Position numbers and translations under genes: made by a program | The notes under the pieces: model-generated | What the model saw: the letters and a program-made list of their open reading frames with translations, nothing else | What the model was told of the DNA's origin: nothing | The model's database searches: none | Assembly (NCBI GenBank): GCA_965231005.1 | Contig: OZ246405.1 | Span: 610,709 to 674,708 of the forward strand | DNA: 64,000 bases | Source of the DNA: an uncultured Gammaproteobacteria bacterium | GTDB taxonomy: Bacteria > Patescibacteriota > Patescibacteriia > Magasanikbacterales > UBA922 | Direction: 5' to 3' | Shown: one piece after another, positions 28,001-36,570 of the stretch | How the letters are laid out: each line of letters starts with the position of its first letter | How positions within the stretch are numbered: the stretch's first letter is position 1

Positions 28001-28593
28001 TCTGCTCGGAAGGAACCTGCAAGGTCTCTCCGAACTGCGATGACGGGAACGCATGCACGGCTGATAGCTGTGACCCAAAGAAGCCCGAGAAGGATCAGTG
28101 TTCGCACGTCCCGATCTCGGGTTGCAAGTCGGTCGAGGTCAAGCTCTCCGTGGTTTTTTCTGAGATGTTCAAGATGGAAGCCGCACCCAAGGGTGGCAAC
28201 TACGTCCGGTTCTTCGTCAAGAAGTGCGAGGCCAAGGCTGCTGACGGCTCGTCCGTCATGTTGCTCAAGCCTGGCTCCTTCTACGGAGGCGCTGAGATCA
28301 AGAACAGCTCGAAGCTCGAGTACACCAATCCTGCAAAGGTCCAGGACTTCGTGCAGATCCCGAAGAATGCCTGCTGCATCAACATCGTAGGGTACCAAAG
28401 CAGTAAGATCTCCAATCCTTACGGGGACTCGAAGATCTGGGCTTTCAGTACGACTCCCAATACCAAGACCCACAACATGGAGCCGGTCCTCACGACCAGC
28501 AATGGACTGACGTACAAGTTCACGTTGAAAGACGTCCATGACAACGGTGTGGGGGGATACGACGCGTGCAACAGCGAAGTCATCTCCAAGTAG
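25072..28593 (+). CDS. Giant lipoprotein with ~60 tandem Cys-rich repeats (CDDGNxCTxDxCD...) and a distinct ~170-aa C-terminal domain
   Basis: Signal/lipobox MNSKLNTISVCFVALMIVFGCS. Regular ~12-aa repeats with an invariant Cys-Asp-Asp-Gly-Asn-x-Cys-Thr pattern, reminiscent of Myxococcales-type Cys-rich repeats. The repeat register confirms the + frame. Confidence 0.65.
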   Translation: MNSKLNTISVCFVALMIVFGCSPDASYKPNDPKNPNPARKADANNSDTSSADAGSSADTGQPTDPCADPKFCNDGKVCTADTCKDGKCKHTIDATLCDDGNPCTHDLCDDLGICVNKAHEGSCQDGNACTVGDHCKNGTCQSGKNMPCPNENSCVIATCNPKEGKCNYEPKSGDCNDGNKCTVGDFCINQKCKSGFKKLDCDDKNVCTTDSCNPEDGCVHKPIDLPCSDNSSCTISDKCKDGKCVGQVVNCDDKNPCTTDSCDPAAPPGKACKHVNNTSECDDGNKCTSGDVCQDGQCKKGTTSVDCDDGNPCTTNSCDAKVGCQKLNNNNSCDDGNNCTINDKCFNGKCNSTTKKCGDSNKCVTNTCDQATGACVKKELCDDGKACTENTCDINTGKCENPDKKCDDGKACTKDSCNTTTGKCEYEMIVGANCFCKFDSNCDDGNECTVSACDKATGKCALAKKYSGTSCDDGNPCTTSDKCDPKTGKCSSAKATACDDGNPCTDDSCDPTVVGGCVAVKNNKLCDDGDACTKGDICLDGACNPGKAPVCDDGNICTDDSCDSKLGCKNTANSASCSDGSACTSNDKCEGGSCKSVAVKCDDSNPCTDDSCDAKVGCKYAKNTKPCNDGDECTISEVCKDGKCGSGKAKSCDDNKKCTIDSCDKDKGCQHKQISSATCCASDAECDDKKPCTVDKCDPKEGCKNTKKLCSDNNQCTDDVCDPQSGDCKHTKFSGPACDDGNSCTKSEKCEKGKCEAGFTIKCNDNKPCTKDTCDTKGGCVFTKTVDPCDDGDACTNGDKCANGECVSGKQIVCDDNKVCTTDSCDSKKGCVFANNSDACTDGNACTPNDVCKDGKCSSQPENCDDANACTNDSCDKSKGCKHINNTKVCNDGNKCTDNGVCSGGACKPGKAINCDDGKKCTTDSCDPTTGKCKNVALVCDDDACTDGDGKCDESTGKCAVGLPKNCTDTDVCTKNFCSEGTCKVSPNCDDGNACTADSCDPKKPEKDQCSHVPISGCKSVEVKLSVVFSEMFKMEAAPKGGNYVRFFVKKCEAKAADGSSVMLLKPGSFYGGAEIKNSSKLEYTNPAKVQDFVQIPKNACCINIVGYQSSKISNPYGDSKIWAFSTTPNTKTHNMEPVLTTSNGLTYKFTLKDVHDNGVGGYDACNSEVISK

Positions 28594-28776
28594 TTCTCAA
28601 GAAAATGATCACTCCCTCCTGCGCAATGTGATCTGCCGTGGACGGGCTCGAGCCTGAAACTCGAGTCCGTCCCGGCCGCGCAACTCCGAATATGATTCAC
28701 GTCTATTCGGAGCTCCCCAAGGTTCATTTTTCCTCAGAAAAGTGGACACTTGTAAGAGTTAAACATAGGTACAGGA

Positions 28777-28800
28777 AACAAGATATATATCTTGTTTTTT
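28777..28800 (+). terminator. AT-rich hairpin aaacaagatatatatcttgtttttt
   Basis: Palindromic stem plus T6. Host-like composition after the two GC-rich island hairpins at 28640-28720. Confidence 0.45.
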
Positions 28801-28802
28801 GT

Positions 28803-28831
28803 TTGAATAATAGTGTTTTTTCAAGTATACT
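28803..28831 (+). promoter_or_regulatory. Sigma70 promoter TTGAAT-17-TATACT placed for a leaderless transcript
   Basis: The -10 ends 6 nt before ATG 28838. The ORF-track GTG start at 28832 would lie inside the promoter. Confidence 0.45.
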
Positions 28832-28837
28832 GTGAAT

Positions 28838-30271
28838 ATGAAATCGCCAAATTTCTTATCTTATTTTTCACACAACCAGCTTAAAAAAACACATGTACTT
28901 GGTGTCTCTTTTATTATTATAATAATGACAGCCGCCCTTTTACTATTTTGGGATATATATCCTCTAGCAATTATATTCCTCATAGGATTAGTAGGAATAT
29001 CCACATTTGCTCTAAAACCAGAGTGGGGATTGTACAGTGTTCTCTTTCTTGGACTATTTCATGGATGGGTCATAGATTTTTCTACATATCAGAGCGTCAA
29101 ACATATTCCATATCTTCCTCAGATCAATGCTCCTTTGGTTGATTTCTTTGCGATTGTTTTATTCATTGGAGTTTTTCTTTTATATTTATTTCAATTTCAA
29201 AAATTAGCTATTTTGAAACGTCTAAGACACATCAAAACAGGAATAGTTATATATATTCTTTTTCTTATCACAGCACTTGCAGCTGTTTTTTTTGCATTTA
29301 ATAATTTTTTTACACCAAGTATAAAATATTTTATGCGACCGCTGGTGTTTGTGTTTGTTTTGTATTGGCTCTTGCCAATTATTCTTATTAGAACAAAAAA
29401 ACAATTTTCATCTGTAATGAAACTATGGTTCTGGACTGGTATTGGCATTGCAATATTTGGTTTGATATCTTTATTTGTTCTTGGGCAAACAGGATGGATT
29501 CGTGTTGTTCCATTTGGCATAAAAGGGTTTGCCCCACTTGGATACAATCATAATCAACTTGCAGAAGTATTAATTTCTTTATTTCCTGCTGGACTATTTC
29601 TTTTCTTACGAAGTTTTTCAAAAGAAGAAAAAAGATTGTATGGTTTTGGAACATTTTTTATTATTATCATTGCACTCCTAACACTTTCTCGGGCTGCTTG
29701 GGCTGCAGTACTTGTACAAGTAGGCTTTCTCTTTTGGTTTTTCCGTTCAGCAGTGCGTCCATTCATGTATAAATTTCAAAAGATAACCACGCTATTATTG
29801 ATAGCAATTATTCCAGCTATTCTTTACATGAGTGTTTTTCTTGGATCGTCCATTGTAAAAAGTTCAACAAATGCCCGAGTGGAAGCAACAAAAATCGCAT
29901 TATTTTATACTGTTCGTTCTCCAGTCGTTGGATATGGTCCTGGTATGTTTGGCTATGTTATGGATGACACGTTTTTGTACACGCTCGAATTTGGAGAGTC
30001 GCTTGATGCACATGGGTTTATTCAAAAAGTCATGTTAGAAGAAGGATTTCTTGGCTTGCTGTTCTTTGTTGGTTTTTTGGGTTGGATATTGTGGTATATA
30101 TATCAGGCAAGAGAACATGGCATGCAAAGAGATCTTGTTGAGGTATTATTTGTCATGGCAATAGGAGCAATTATTTTTCAACTATTTAATACGTCCTATT
30201 TTAATTCTGTAATGTGGTTGCCACTTGGGGTGGCCACTGCTGGAACGCTTCTTTTAAAAAATGATTCCTAG
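28838..30271 (+). CDS. O-antigen ligase-like (Wzy_C) polytopic membrane protein
   Basis: At least 10 hydrophobic helices. LTLSRAAWAAVL matches the O-antigen-ligase family motif. Confidence 0.55.
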   Translation: MKSPNFLSYFSHNQLKKTHVLGVSFIIIIMTAALLLFWDIYPLAIIFLIGLVGISTFALKPEWGLYSVLFLGLFHGWVIDFSTYQSVKHIPYLPQINAPLVDFFAIVLFIGVFLLYLFQFQKLAILKRLRHIKTGIVIYILFLITALAAVFFAFNNFFTPSIKYFMRPLVFVFVLYWLLPIILIRTKKQFSSVMKLWFWTGIGIAIFGLISLFVLGQTGWIRVVPFGIKGFAPLGYNHNQLAEVLISLFPAGLFLFLRSFSKEEKRLYGFGTFFIIIIALLTLSRAAWAAVLVQVGFLFWFFRSAVRPFMYKFQKITTLLLIAIIPAILYMSVFLGSSIVKSSTNARVEATKIALFYTVRSPVVGYGPGMFGYVMDDTFLYTLEFGESLDAHGFIQKVMLEEGFLGLLFFVGFLGWILWYIYQAREHGMQRDLVEVLFVMAIGAIIFQLFNTSYFNSVMWLPLGVATAGTLLLKNDS

Positions 30272-30281
30272 GTCTGTCATC

Positions 30282-31364
30282 ATGTCTTTAGAAAAAAAAA
30301 TACATATTGTACATATTATTCCGACACTAGATTTTGGTGGTGCTGAGCGTTTTGTCATTGATTTAGTAAATAATCTTGATTCAAAATTATTTCGATCAAC
30401 AATTATATTATTTTCAAAACATGCACCACTCCGTTCTTCTATTACAAACAAAGATGTTGATGTCCGCATTATTGAAAAAAAAGGAACACTTAGCTTTCAT
30501 CTCTTTTCTGATATAAAACAAGAATTGCAAACGTTAAAACCGGACGTTGTTCATACAAATTTATTTGGTGGAGATGTTTGGGGACGAATCGCAGCACAAA
30601 GAATGAATATTCCGATTGTGACGACTGAACATAATATCAATGTGGGTGAAGGCATGATAAAACATAAAGTGAAAAAAATGTTAAGGACATATAGCAATAT
30701 ATATACTTGTCCGTCAAAGGCAGTAAAAACATATATGCAATCAGCATACGCGATTAACAAACATATTCATGTTATTCGATATGGAATTGAATTAAAAACA
30801 TTTACATCACTTTCTTTGCCAAGGTTTCATAAACCCTTTCGTCTTCTCATTATCGGAAGGCTTGTGGAGCAAAAAGGACATATTACTGCACTACATGCAT
30901 TGTCTCAATTAAAACAGTACGACTGGACACTAGATATTGTAGGAGATGGTGAAAGTCGCCAATCAATCAAGCGAATGGTTACAGCATTAGAACTACAAGA
31001 TCGTGTAACCATGTATCCAGCAACGAGTAATACAGCCAAGGTTTACAGCAAATCTGATGTTGTCCTTGTTCCTTCTCACTGGGAAGGACTTGGAATTGTT
31101 GTTATGGAAGCAATGGCTGCTGGTCGTCTGGTTGTGGGGACAAAGACTGGTGGTATTCCTGAGATGATAGATCATAAGAAAAATGGAGTATTGGTAGATC
31201 CAAAAAGTGCACAGTCGTTGGTAAAAGGATTAGCATGGTGTTTTGATCATATAAAAGCGTGTGCGGTTCTTGCAAAAGTAGCGCGGGGAAAAGCAACACA
31301 TGAATTTGGTGTAGACGAAATGACAGTGGCGTATGAGAAAATATATACTTCTTTGGTGACGTAA
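30282..31364 (+). CDS. Glycosyltransferase family 4 (GT-B); an alternative start at 30261 is possible
   Basis: N-terminal IPTLDFGGAERFV. C-terminal PSHWEGLGIVVMEAMAAGRLVVGTKTGGIPEMI (E-x7-E-type motif). Confidence 0.75.
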   Translation: MSLEKKIHIVHIIPTLDFGGAERFVIDLVNNLDSKLFRSTIILFSKHAPLRSSITNKDVDVRIIEKKGTLSFHLFSDIKQELQTLKPDVVHTNLFGGDVWGRIAAQRMNIPIVTTEHNINVGEGMIKHKVKKMLRTYSNIYTCPSKAVKTYMQSAYAINKHIHVIRYGIELKTFTSLSLPRFHKPFRLLIIGRLVEQKGHITALHALSQLKQYDWTLDIVGDGESRQSIKRMVTALELQDRVTMYPATSNTAKVYSKSDVVLVPSHWEGLGIVVMEAMAAGRLVVGTKTGGIPEMIDHKKNGVLVDPKSAQSLVKGLAWCFDHIKACAVLAKVARGKATHEFGVDEMTVAYEKIYTSLVT

Positions 31365-31365
31365 T

Positions 31366-32583
31366 ATGAAAATAATTCAAGCACATAAATTTTATTGGCA
31401 GCGAGATGGTGCTTCAAATTATGCTTTGTATCTTAGTGCATTGCTAAAAGGTGAAAATCATACGGTTATTCCTTTTGCAACAAAACAATCAGAGAGTCTT
31501 GATACACCATACAAAAAGTATTTTCCAACATATTATGATTTGTCTTCACCAAAAAAACTTTCTTTTTTAAAAAAAGTCAAAGCAGTAACAAATATATTTT
31601 ATTCTTTTGAAGCAAAAAGGAAGTTTGCAGCATTGTTAAAAAAAGAAAAAGATGTTGATGTATTGCACATTCATAATATTTATCATCATATTTCACCTTC
31701 AATACTTGCTGTTGCAAAACAGCATGGGTTAAAGATTGTCATGACGCTACATGACTATAAATTACTCAGCCCAAATTACTCTTTATTTCACCATGGTCGT
31801 ATTCACGAAGATGATGCAAACGGGTTGTATCTTTCTTGTATAAAAAATAAATGCGTAAAAAATAGTCGAGTGCAAAGTGTTGTGTCAACCGCAGAAATGA
31901 TATTGCATCACAAGATAATGAAATACTATAAGCGATATGTTGATGTATTTATTGCACCAAGTCAGTTCATGATAGACATGTGTGTTCGTCATGGCTGGGA
32001 CAGAAAAAAATTTATTCATATTCGTCACCCGATTAATACAAAAACGTATAAACCATCAAAAGATAACGGGGAATATGTCACATATATTGGAAGATTGTCA
32101 GAAGAAAAAGGTCTGGACGTGCTCTTGTCAGCAGCAAAAAATACACCAAATATCCAATACAGAATTGTTGGAACAGGACCATTGGAACTAATGTTAAAAG
32201 CAAAAATTAAAAAACAAGGGTTGTCACATGTTCAAATGATGGGATTTAAAACAGGAGCTTCATTGAAAAAAATAATTGAGCAGTCAAGCATGCTTGTTTT
32301 GCCTTCTGTGTGGTATGAAAATTATCCATTGAGTATATTAGAAGCAAAAGCATCAGGAAAAATAGTCATTGGAAGTAATATTGGTGGAATCCCTGAAATG
32401 CTTCCAAAAAGTATGCTTGCAAAATCAGGAGATCCAGGCGATCTTGCAAAGAAAATTATCTCTTGGAATAATAAAGCAACATTTGAAAAACAGAAGTGGG
32501 GGAGAGTGCTTCGGTCTCAGGTAGAAGAGGTTAATGATCCAAAGAAGCACATGAAGGAAATGTTATCAGTATACAGTCGTTGA
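31366..32583 (+). CDS. Glycosyltransferase family 4
   Basis: LPSVWYENYPLSILEAKASGKIVIGSNIGGIPEM in the C-terminal half. Confidence 0.75.
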   Translation: MKIIQAHKFYWQRDGASNYALYLSALLKGENHTVIPFATKQSESLDTPYKKYFPTYYDLSSPKKLSFLKKVKAVTNIFYSFEAKRKFAALLKKEKDVDVLHIHNIYHHISPSILAVAKQHGLKIVMTLHDYKLLSPNYSLFHHGRIHEDDANGLYLSCIKNKCVKNSRVQSVVSTAEMILHHKIMKYYKRYVDVFIAPSQFMIDMCVRHGWDRKKFIHIRHPINTKTYKPSKDNGEYVTYIGRLSEEKGLDVLLSAAKNTPNIQYRIVGTGPLELMLKAKIKKQGLSHVQMMGFKTGASLKKIIEQSSMLVLPSVWYENYPLSILEAKASGKIVIGSNIGGIPEMLPKSMLAKSGDPGDLAKKIISWNNKATFEKQKWGRVLRSQVEEVNDPKKHMKEMLSVYSR

Positions 32584-32593
32584 TGTTTGCAGT

Positions 32594-34624
32594 ATGAAAT
32601 ACATGAAATTGATTAAAAATAATTATGTAGTGTATCTCTTGGTAACTCTTGTGACGTTCTTTGTATTAGGTATTGGTTTGAATGAGGTACGTGCATCCAA
32701 TACTGCACATCCTAAAAGAGCAAATTATTATTTGAGTTGGACATTAACAGAAACACAAGCAAGAGAGCTTGCGCGGTGGGATATGGTAATACTAGACATG
32801 GAAATTCAAGAACGCCATCCTGATTTGCTTGTAAAAATGAGACAGTGGAATCCCAATATAAAAATGTTGGTATATATCACTCCACAGGAAATCCGTCAGG
32901 ATGCACATAACTCATTTAGTATCATGAGAAAAAAATTAGCAGGCAATATTCACAGTGATTGGTACCTTACTAATATATTTAATACAAGATTGAGTTGGTG
33001 GCCAGAAACGTATTTGCTTAATGTTACAAATAAAAGTCCTCTCCGAAATGGAGGAAAACACTGGAATGATCGTCTTGTAGATTTTGTTGTAGATGATTTA
33101 CTTGCAACAGGTTATTGGGATGGTGTTTTTTATGACAATGCATGGGATAATATTACGTATTTTGTTGGGAATAACAATATTGACTTAGACAAAGATGGTG
33201 CAATTGATGCTGATGCTGACAATGAATGGAGAAAAGGAATGAAATATATTTATTCTCAGACACGGGAGAAAGCAGGGAAAGATATCATTATTATTGGGAA
33301 CGGGACAAGTCGTGAGTATCTCAAGGAATTGGATGGTCAAATGTTTGAAAATTTTCATCAATTTCCTTGGAACGATATCATGAATTGGTATGACAAGTTT
33401 TCTGATACTGAGCATCAATATAGCATTATCAATGCAAATACAGGAAATGTTGGTGACAATACATCATACAAAGATGTGCGGTTTTCTTTTGCAAGCACAT
33501 TGCTCGAAGATGGATATTATTCTTATGATTTTGGAGATAAAAGTCATGGACAACTCTGGTGGTACGATGAATATGACATGAACTTAGGACAGGCACAGGG
33601 TCCAGCTACCTCAAATTCTGGAAAACATACATATAGTCAAGATGTATGGAGAAGAAATTTCGAAAATGGGGCAGTACTTGTAAACAGTACAGCACAAAAC
33701 CAGACAGTAGATCTTGGTGCTGAGTTTGAAAAAATTCATGGGACACAAGATACAACTGTAAATGACGGTTCTATTATTTCAGAAGTCAGTGTTGCACCAT
33801 CAGATGGGATTGTTTTGTTAAAAGTTCTTTCTTCATTACAAGACGTTGTATTTCGCAATGGTGACTTTGTGCGTTTTCTTTTGCCAGATGGTTCTCGAAT
33901 AAAAAATGGTTTTTTTCTTTCTGATGCATTGTACAAAGGAGGAGATTATGTTTCAAAAATTGATCTCAATGGAGATAACCAGCGGGATGTTGTAGTGAGC
34001 TCTGGTGCTCGGCTCCGTTCATGGAGAAGTGATGGACAGCCATTCATGAACGTGTATCCATATACAGCAAACTACAGAGGCGAATTATACATAACCATTG
34101 GAGATGTAACCAATGATAATAAAAGTGAAATTATTGTGTCCCCAAGTTATGGATACAGAAATCCAATCAAAATATATAGCCATGATGGAGTACAAATACG
34201 GCCTGACTGGTATCCATTTGGAAGAGATTATAATGGTGGTTATAGTATTTCTGTCTCAGATATTCATGGAGATGGGAAGGCAAAAATCACTATAGGTGCT
34301 GGGCAGGGAAGTGAACCACTTGTTGCTATTTTTGGCAGTAACTTAGCATTTGAGCATGCATGGCATCCGTACGAAAAGAAGTTTTTAGGAGGAGCACGAC
34401 TTGCAACGGGTGATGTAACTGGAGATGGAAAAAAAGAAATTATTGTTGGTCCAGGACCAGGGAAGAAACCAATTATCAAAGTATTTGATCCATTTGGTTC
34501 TCTGCTATTTAAGCAATTTACTGCATTTACTTCTTTTCAAGACAATGGTGTACAGCTTCAGTCTGTTGATGTAAATTTTGATGGGAAAGATGATATTCTT
34601 GTATTCACAAATGATGTTCTCTAA
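32594..34624 (+). CDS. Secreted hypothetical protein with C-terminal FG-GAP/VCBS-like repeats
   Basis: N-terminal signal anchor. Repeated GDxxGDGKxEIIVGPG and DLNGDNQRDVVV motifs in the last ~250 aa. Confidence 0.4.
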   Translation: MKYMKLIKNNYVVYLLVTLVTFFVLGIGLNEVRASNTAHPKRANYYLSWTLTETQARELARWDMVILDMEIQERHPDLLVKMRQWNPNIKMLVYITPQEIRQDAHNSFSIMRKKLAGNIHSDWYLTNIFNTRLSWWPETYLLNVTNKSPLRNGGKHWNDRLVDFVVDDLLATGYWDGVFYDNAWDNITYFVGNNNIDLDKDGAIDADADNEWRKGMKYIYSQTREKAGKDIIIIGNGTSREYLKELDGQMFENFHQFPWNDIMNWYDKFSDTEHQYSIINANTGNVGDNTSYKDVRFSFASTLLEDGYYSYDFGDKSHGQLWWYDEYDMNLGQAQGPATSNSGKHTYSQDVWRRNFENGAVLVNSTAQNQTVDLGAEFEKIHGTQDTTVNDGSIISEVSVAPSDGIVLLKVLSSLQDVVFRNGDFVRFLLPDGSRIKNGFFLSDALYKGGDYVSKIDLNGDNQRDVVVSSGARLRSWRSDGQPFMNVYPYTANYRGELYITIGDVTNDNKSEIIVSPSYGYRNPIKIYSHDGVQIRPDWYPFGRDYNGGYSISVSDIHGDGKAKITIGAGQGSEPLVAIFGSNLAFEHAWHPYEKKFLGGARLATGDVTGDGKKEIIVGPGPGKKPIIKVFDPFGSLLFKQFTAFTSFQDNGVQLQSVDVNFDGKDDILVFTNDVL

Positions 34625-34969
34625 TTTAATATTTATTATCTAATATTTATTATTTAATAGTTACGGTATAGATAGATTATAGTAATGTAGACAAAATCAA
34701 GCTATACCAAAAATTGATGAGTAAAAAAATTAAGACCGAAGTAAAATCATCAACCAAGCCATACTGTCATTGCGAGCCTGCCTGCCGGCAGGAAGCGAAT
34801 GAAGAGAGCGACGAAGCAATCTTTAGTGGTGATAAGATCGCAAGATTGCCGCGGTCGCCCGGACGGGCTCCCTTGCAACGACAGTAAAGGTTAGAAAATG
34901 CAATGCTAAAATTCTATATAATAGATATTAAATATTAGATAATATAAAAACTGACCCGTAGGTCAGTTT

Positions 34970-36142
34970 TTATTTCGTTGCTGGAAGAATACGTCTTTCG
35001 TGCAGAGGAGTGGCAATCGGTTCTTCATAAATTGCAATAATATCTTTTACAATTTTTTTCCAGTGATAATATGTTTTGATTGTTTCTTTGTATGCAGAAG
35101 CTTGCGCAGTAAGAGTCTTTTTATCATTTGCTAACATTCGTTTTATTGTGTTTGCAAGTGAACGCGCATTTCCATGTGCAAAAAGATAATCAGGGTTGTG
35201 AATGAGTTCTCTGTGTTCTGGAATGTCAGAAAGAACCAGAGGAACTCCATAACTCATAGCTTCCAGTACATTGATTGGAAGCCCTTCTTGATCAGAAGGA
35301 TGAACCATAAATGATGCATGAGAAAAAAATTCTTGTAGTGCATCACCGGTTTGAAATCCAGTAAATACAATTTTCTGATTTTCTTCGGCCATGTCTTTTA
35401 ACTTGTGGACATATTCTTCTGTGTAGTATCCATCTCCAACAATAACAAGTTTTTTCTTTCCAAGAGTTTTTGGATATTTCTTTTGAAGATGTGTGAATGC
35501 TGCAATAAGATAATGCGCACCTTTGTGAGGGATAAGACGTGAAACCATTAAAATATATTCGTTTGGTTTTAATCCCCAGTTTTGAATGTGTTTTGTTTTT
35601 TTTGTCTTCTTTAATTCATTTACACCATTTGGAATGTAATCAGCATCTCTGTCGTATACATCACGAGCATACTGTGCAATGGTGTGTGACACAGCAATCG
35701 TGTTGTGTGCAAATGTACATGCTGCTTTTTCTCCAACTTTAAGAACAGCTCTTGCGAGAATATTCCATTTTTGATGTTTTCTATCAATAGAATGGAATGT
35801 TGAAACTACTTTAATGTGTGGTGTAAACAATCGTGGCATCCATGAAAGGAGTGATGGTCCAACACCGTGATAGTGGATCACATCATATCCTGTGTACATG
35901 GCATGAATTGTTGCCAAAAAAGTGTGCGTAATAGTATCAAGATGCTTTGTGTGAACAGAAGGAAGAATCTTTGATTTCACACCCTGAACAACCATGTTAT
36001 GTGCATCTGTATACCAAGAACGACCATACACAGTAACATTGTGGTCTTGTTTTGCCAGTCTCACACTAAGGTCATGAACATGACGTTCAACACCACCAAA
36101 GCGTGCTGGGATTCCTTTTTGTCCGATCATTGCAATATTCAT
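34970..36142 (-). CDS. Glycosyltransferase family 4
   Basis: N-terminal MNIAMIGQKGIPARFGGVERHVHDL. C-terminal PSDQEGLPINVLEAMSYGVPLVLSDIPEHRELI. Confidence 0.75.
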   Translation of the reverse strand: MNIAMIGQKGIPARFGGVERHVHDLSVRLAKQDHNVTVYGRSWYTDAHNMVVQGVKSKILPSVHTKHLDTITHTFLATIHAMYTGYDVIHYHGVGPSLLSWMPRLFTPHIKVVSTFHSIDRKHQKWNILARAVLKVGEKAACTFAHNTIAVSHTIAQYARDVYDRDADYIPNGVNELKKTKKTKHIQNWGLKPNEYILMVSRLIPHKGAHYLIAAFTHLQKKYPKTLGKKKLVIVGDGYYTEEYVHKLKDMAEENQKIVFTGFQTGDALQEFFSHASFMVHPSDQEGLPINVLEAMSYGVPLVLSDIPEHRELIHNPDYLFAHGNARSLANTIKRMLANDKKTLTAQASAYKETIKTYYHWKKIVKDIIAIYEEPIATPLHERRILPATK

Positions 36143-36302
36143 GGTTTTTTACCTAAAATAAGCTAAATTAGTGTACTCATAATAACATATAATTGTACCA
36201 CATTTAAGCGTTTTTGTCAAGTCCTCGGGCTGGTCTTTGAGATATAAAAAAATGGCTTAAATAAGCTATTTTTTAAAGACTGGAAATTTACATTTTTTTG
36301 TC

Positions 36303-36551
36303 TTATCTATACCTGATCATCAAATATAATATTGAAAGGGCAAGGAGGAGACCAATGCTATTCATAAGGGCAACTGGACCATTGTCAATAATAATGGCAT
36401 AGATAATCCATAGTACAAGCCCCACACAGTATATGATGTATCTCCATAATGATAAGTCTCGGACAAGCTTAGTTTTCCAAGTTTTAATTGTTTGTGGCAG
36501 TAGCGATATAACTACTAGGATGCCTGCTATGTAACCTAAAATGTCTATCAT
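36303..36551 (-). CDS. SemiSWEET-like PQ-loop sugar transporter (start taken at the internal Met; the ORF-track start at 36644 overlaps the upstream gene)
   Basis: ~82 aa with three helices and an LPQ motif (VISLLPQTIKTWKTK). Confidence 0.5.
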   Translation of the reverse strand: MIDILGYIAGILVVISLLPQTIKTWKTKLVRDLSLWRYIIYCVGLVLWIIYAIIIDNGPVALMNSIGLLLALSILYLMIRYR

Positions 36552-36570
36552 AAAAGAGTATGAAAATGTT

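Noticed and set aside
17333-28831. Integrase, transposase or direct-repeat boundaries for the GC-rich island
   Set aside because: I looked at both flanks (17333-17791 and 28594-28831) and found no recombinase gene, no tRNA target and no flanking direct repeats. The mobility mechanism is unknown, so the island is not labelled a mobile element.
17333-28831. Island explained purely as a chimeric metagenome contig
   Set aside because: Not fully excluded. However, the spacers inside the GC-rich block are AT-rich, carry host-type promoters and share the TGGCTTAAATAAG word with a native spacer at 36250. That argues the GC-rich genes are embedded in host sequence and are not a mis-joined foreign contig.
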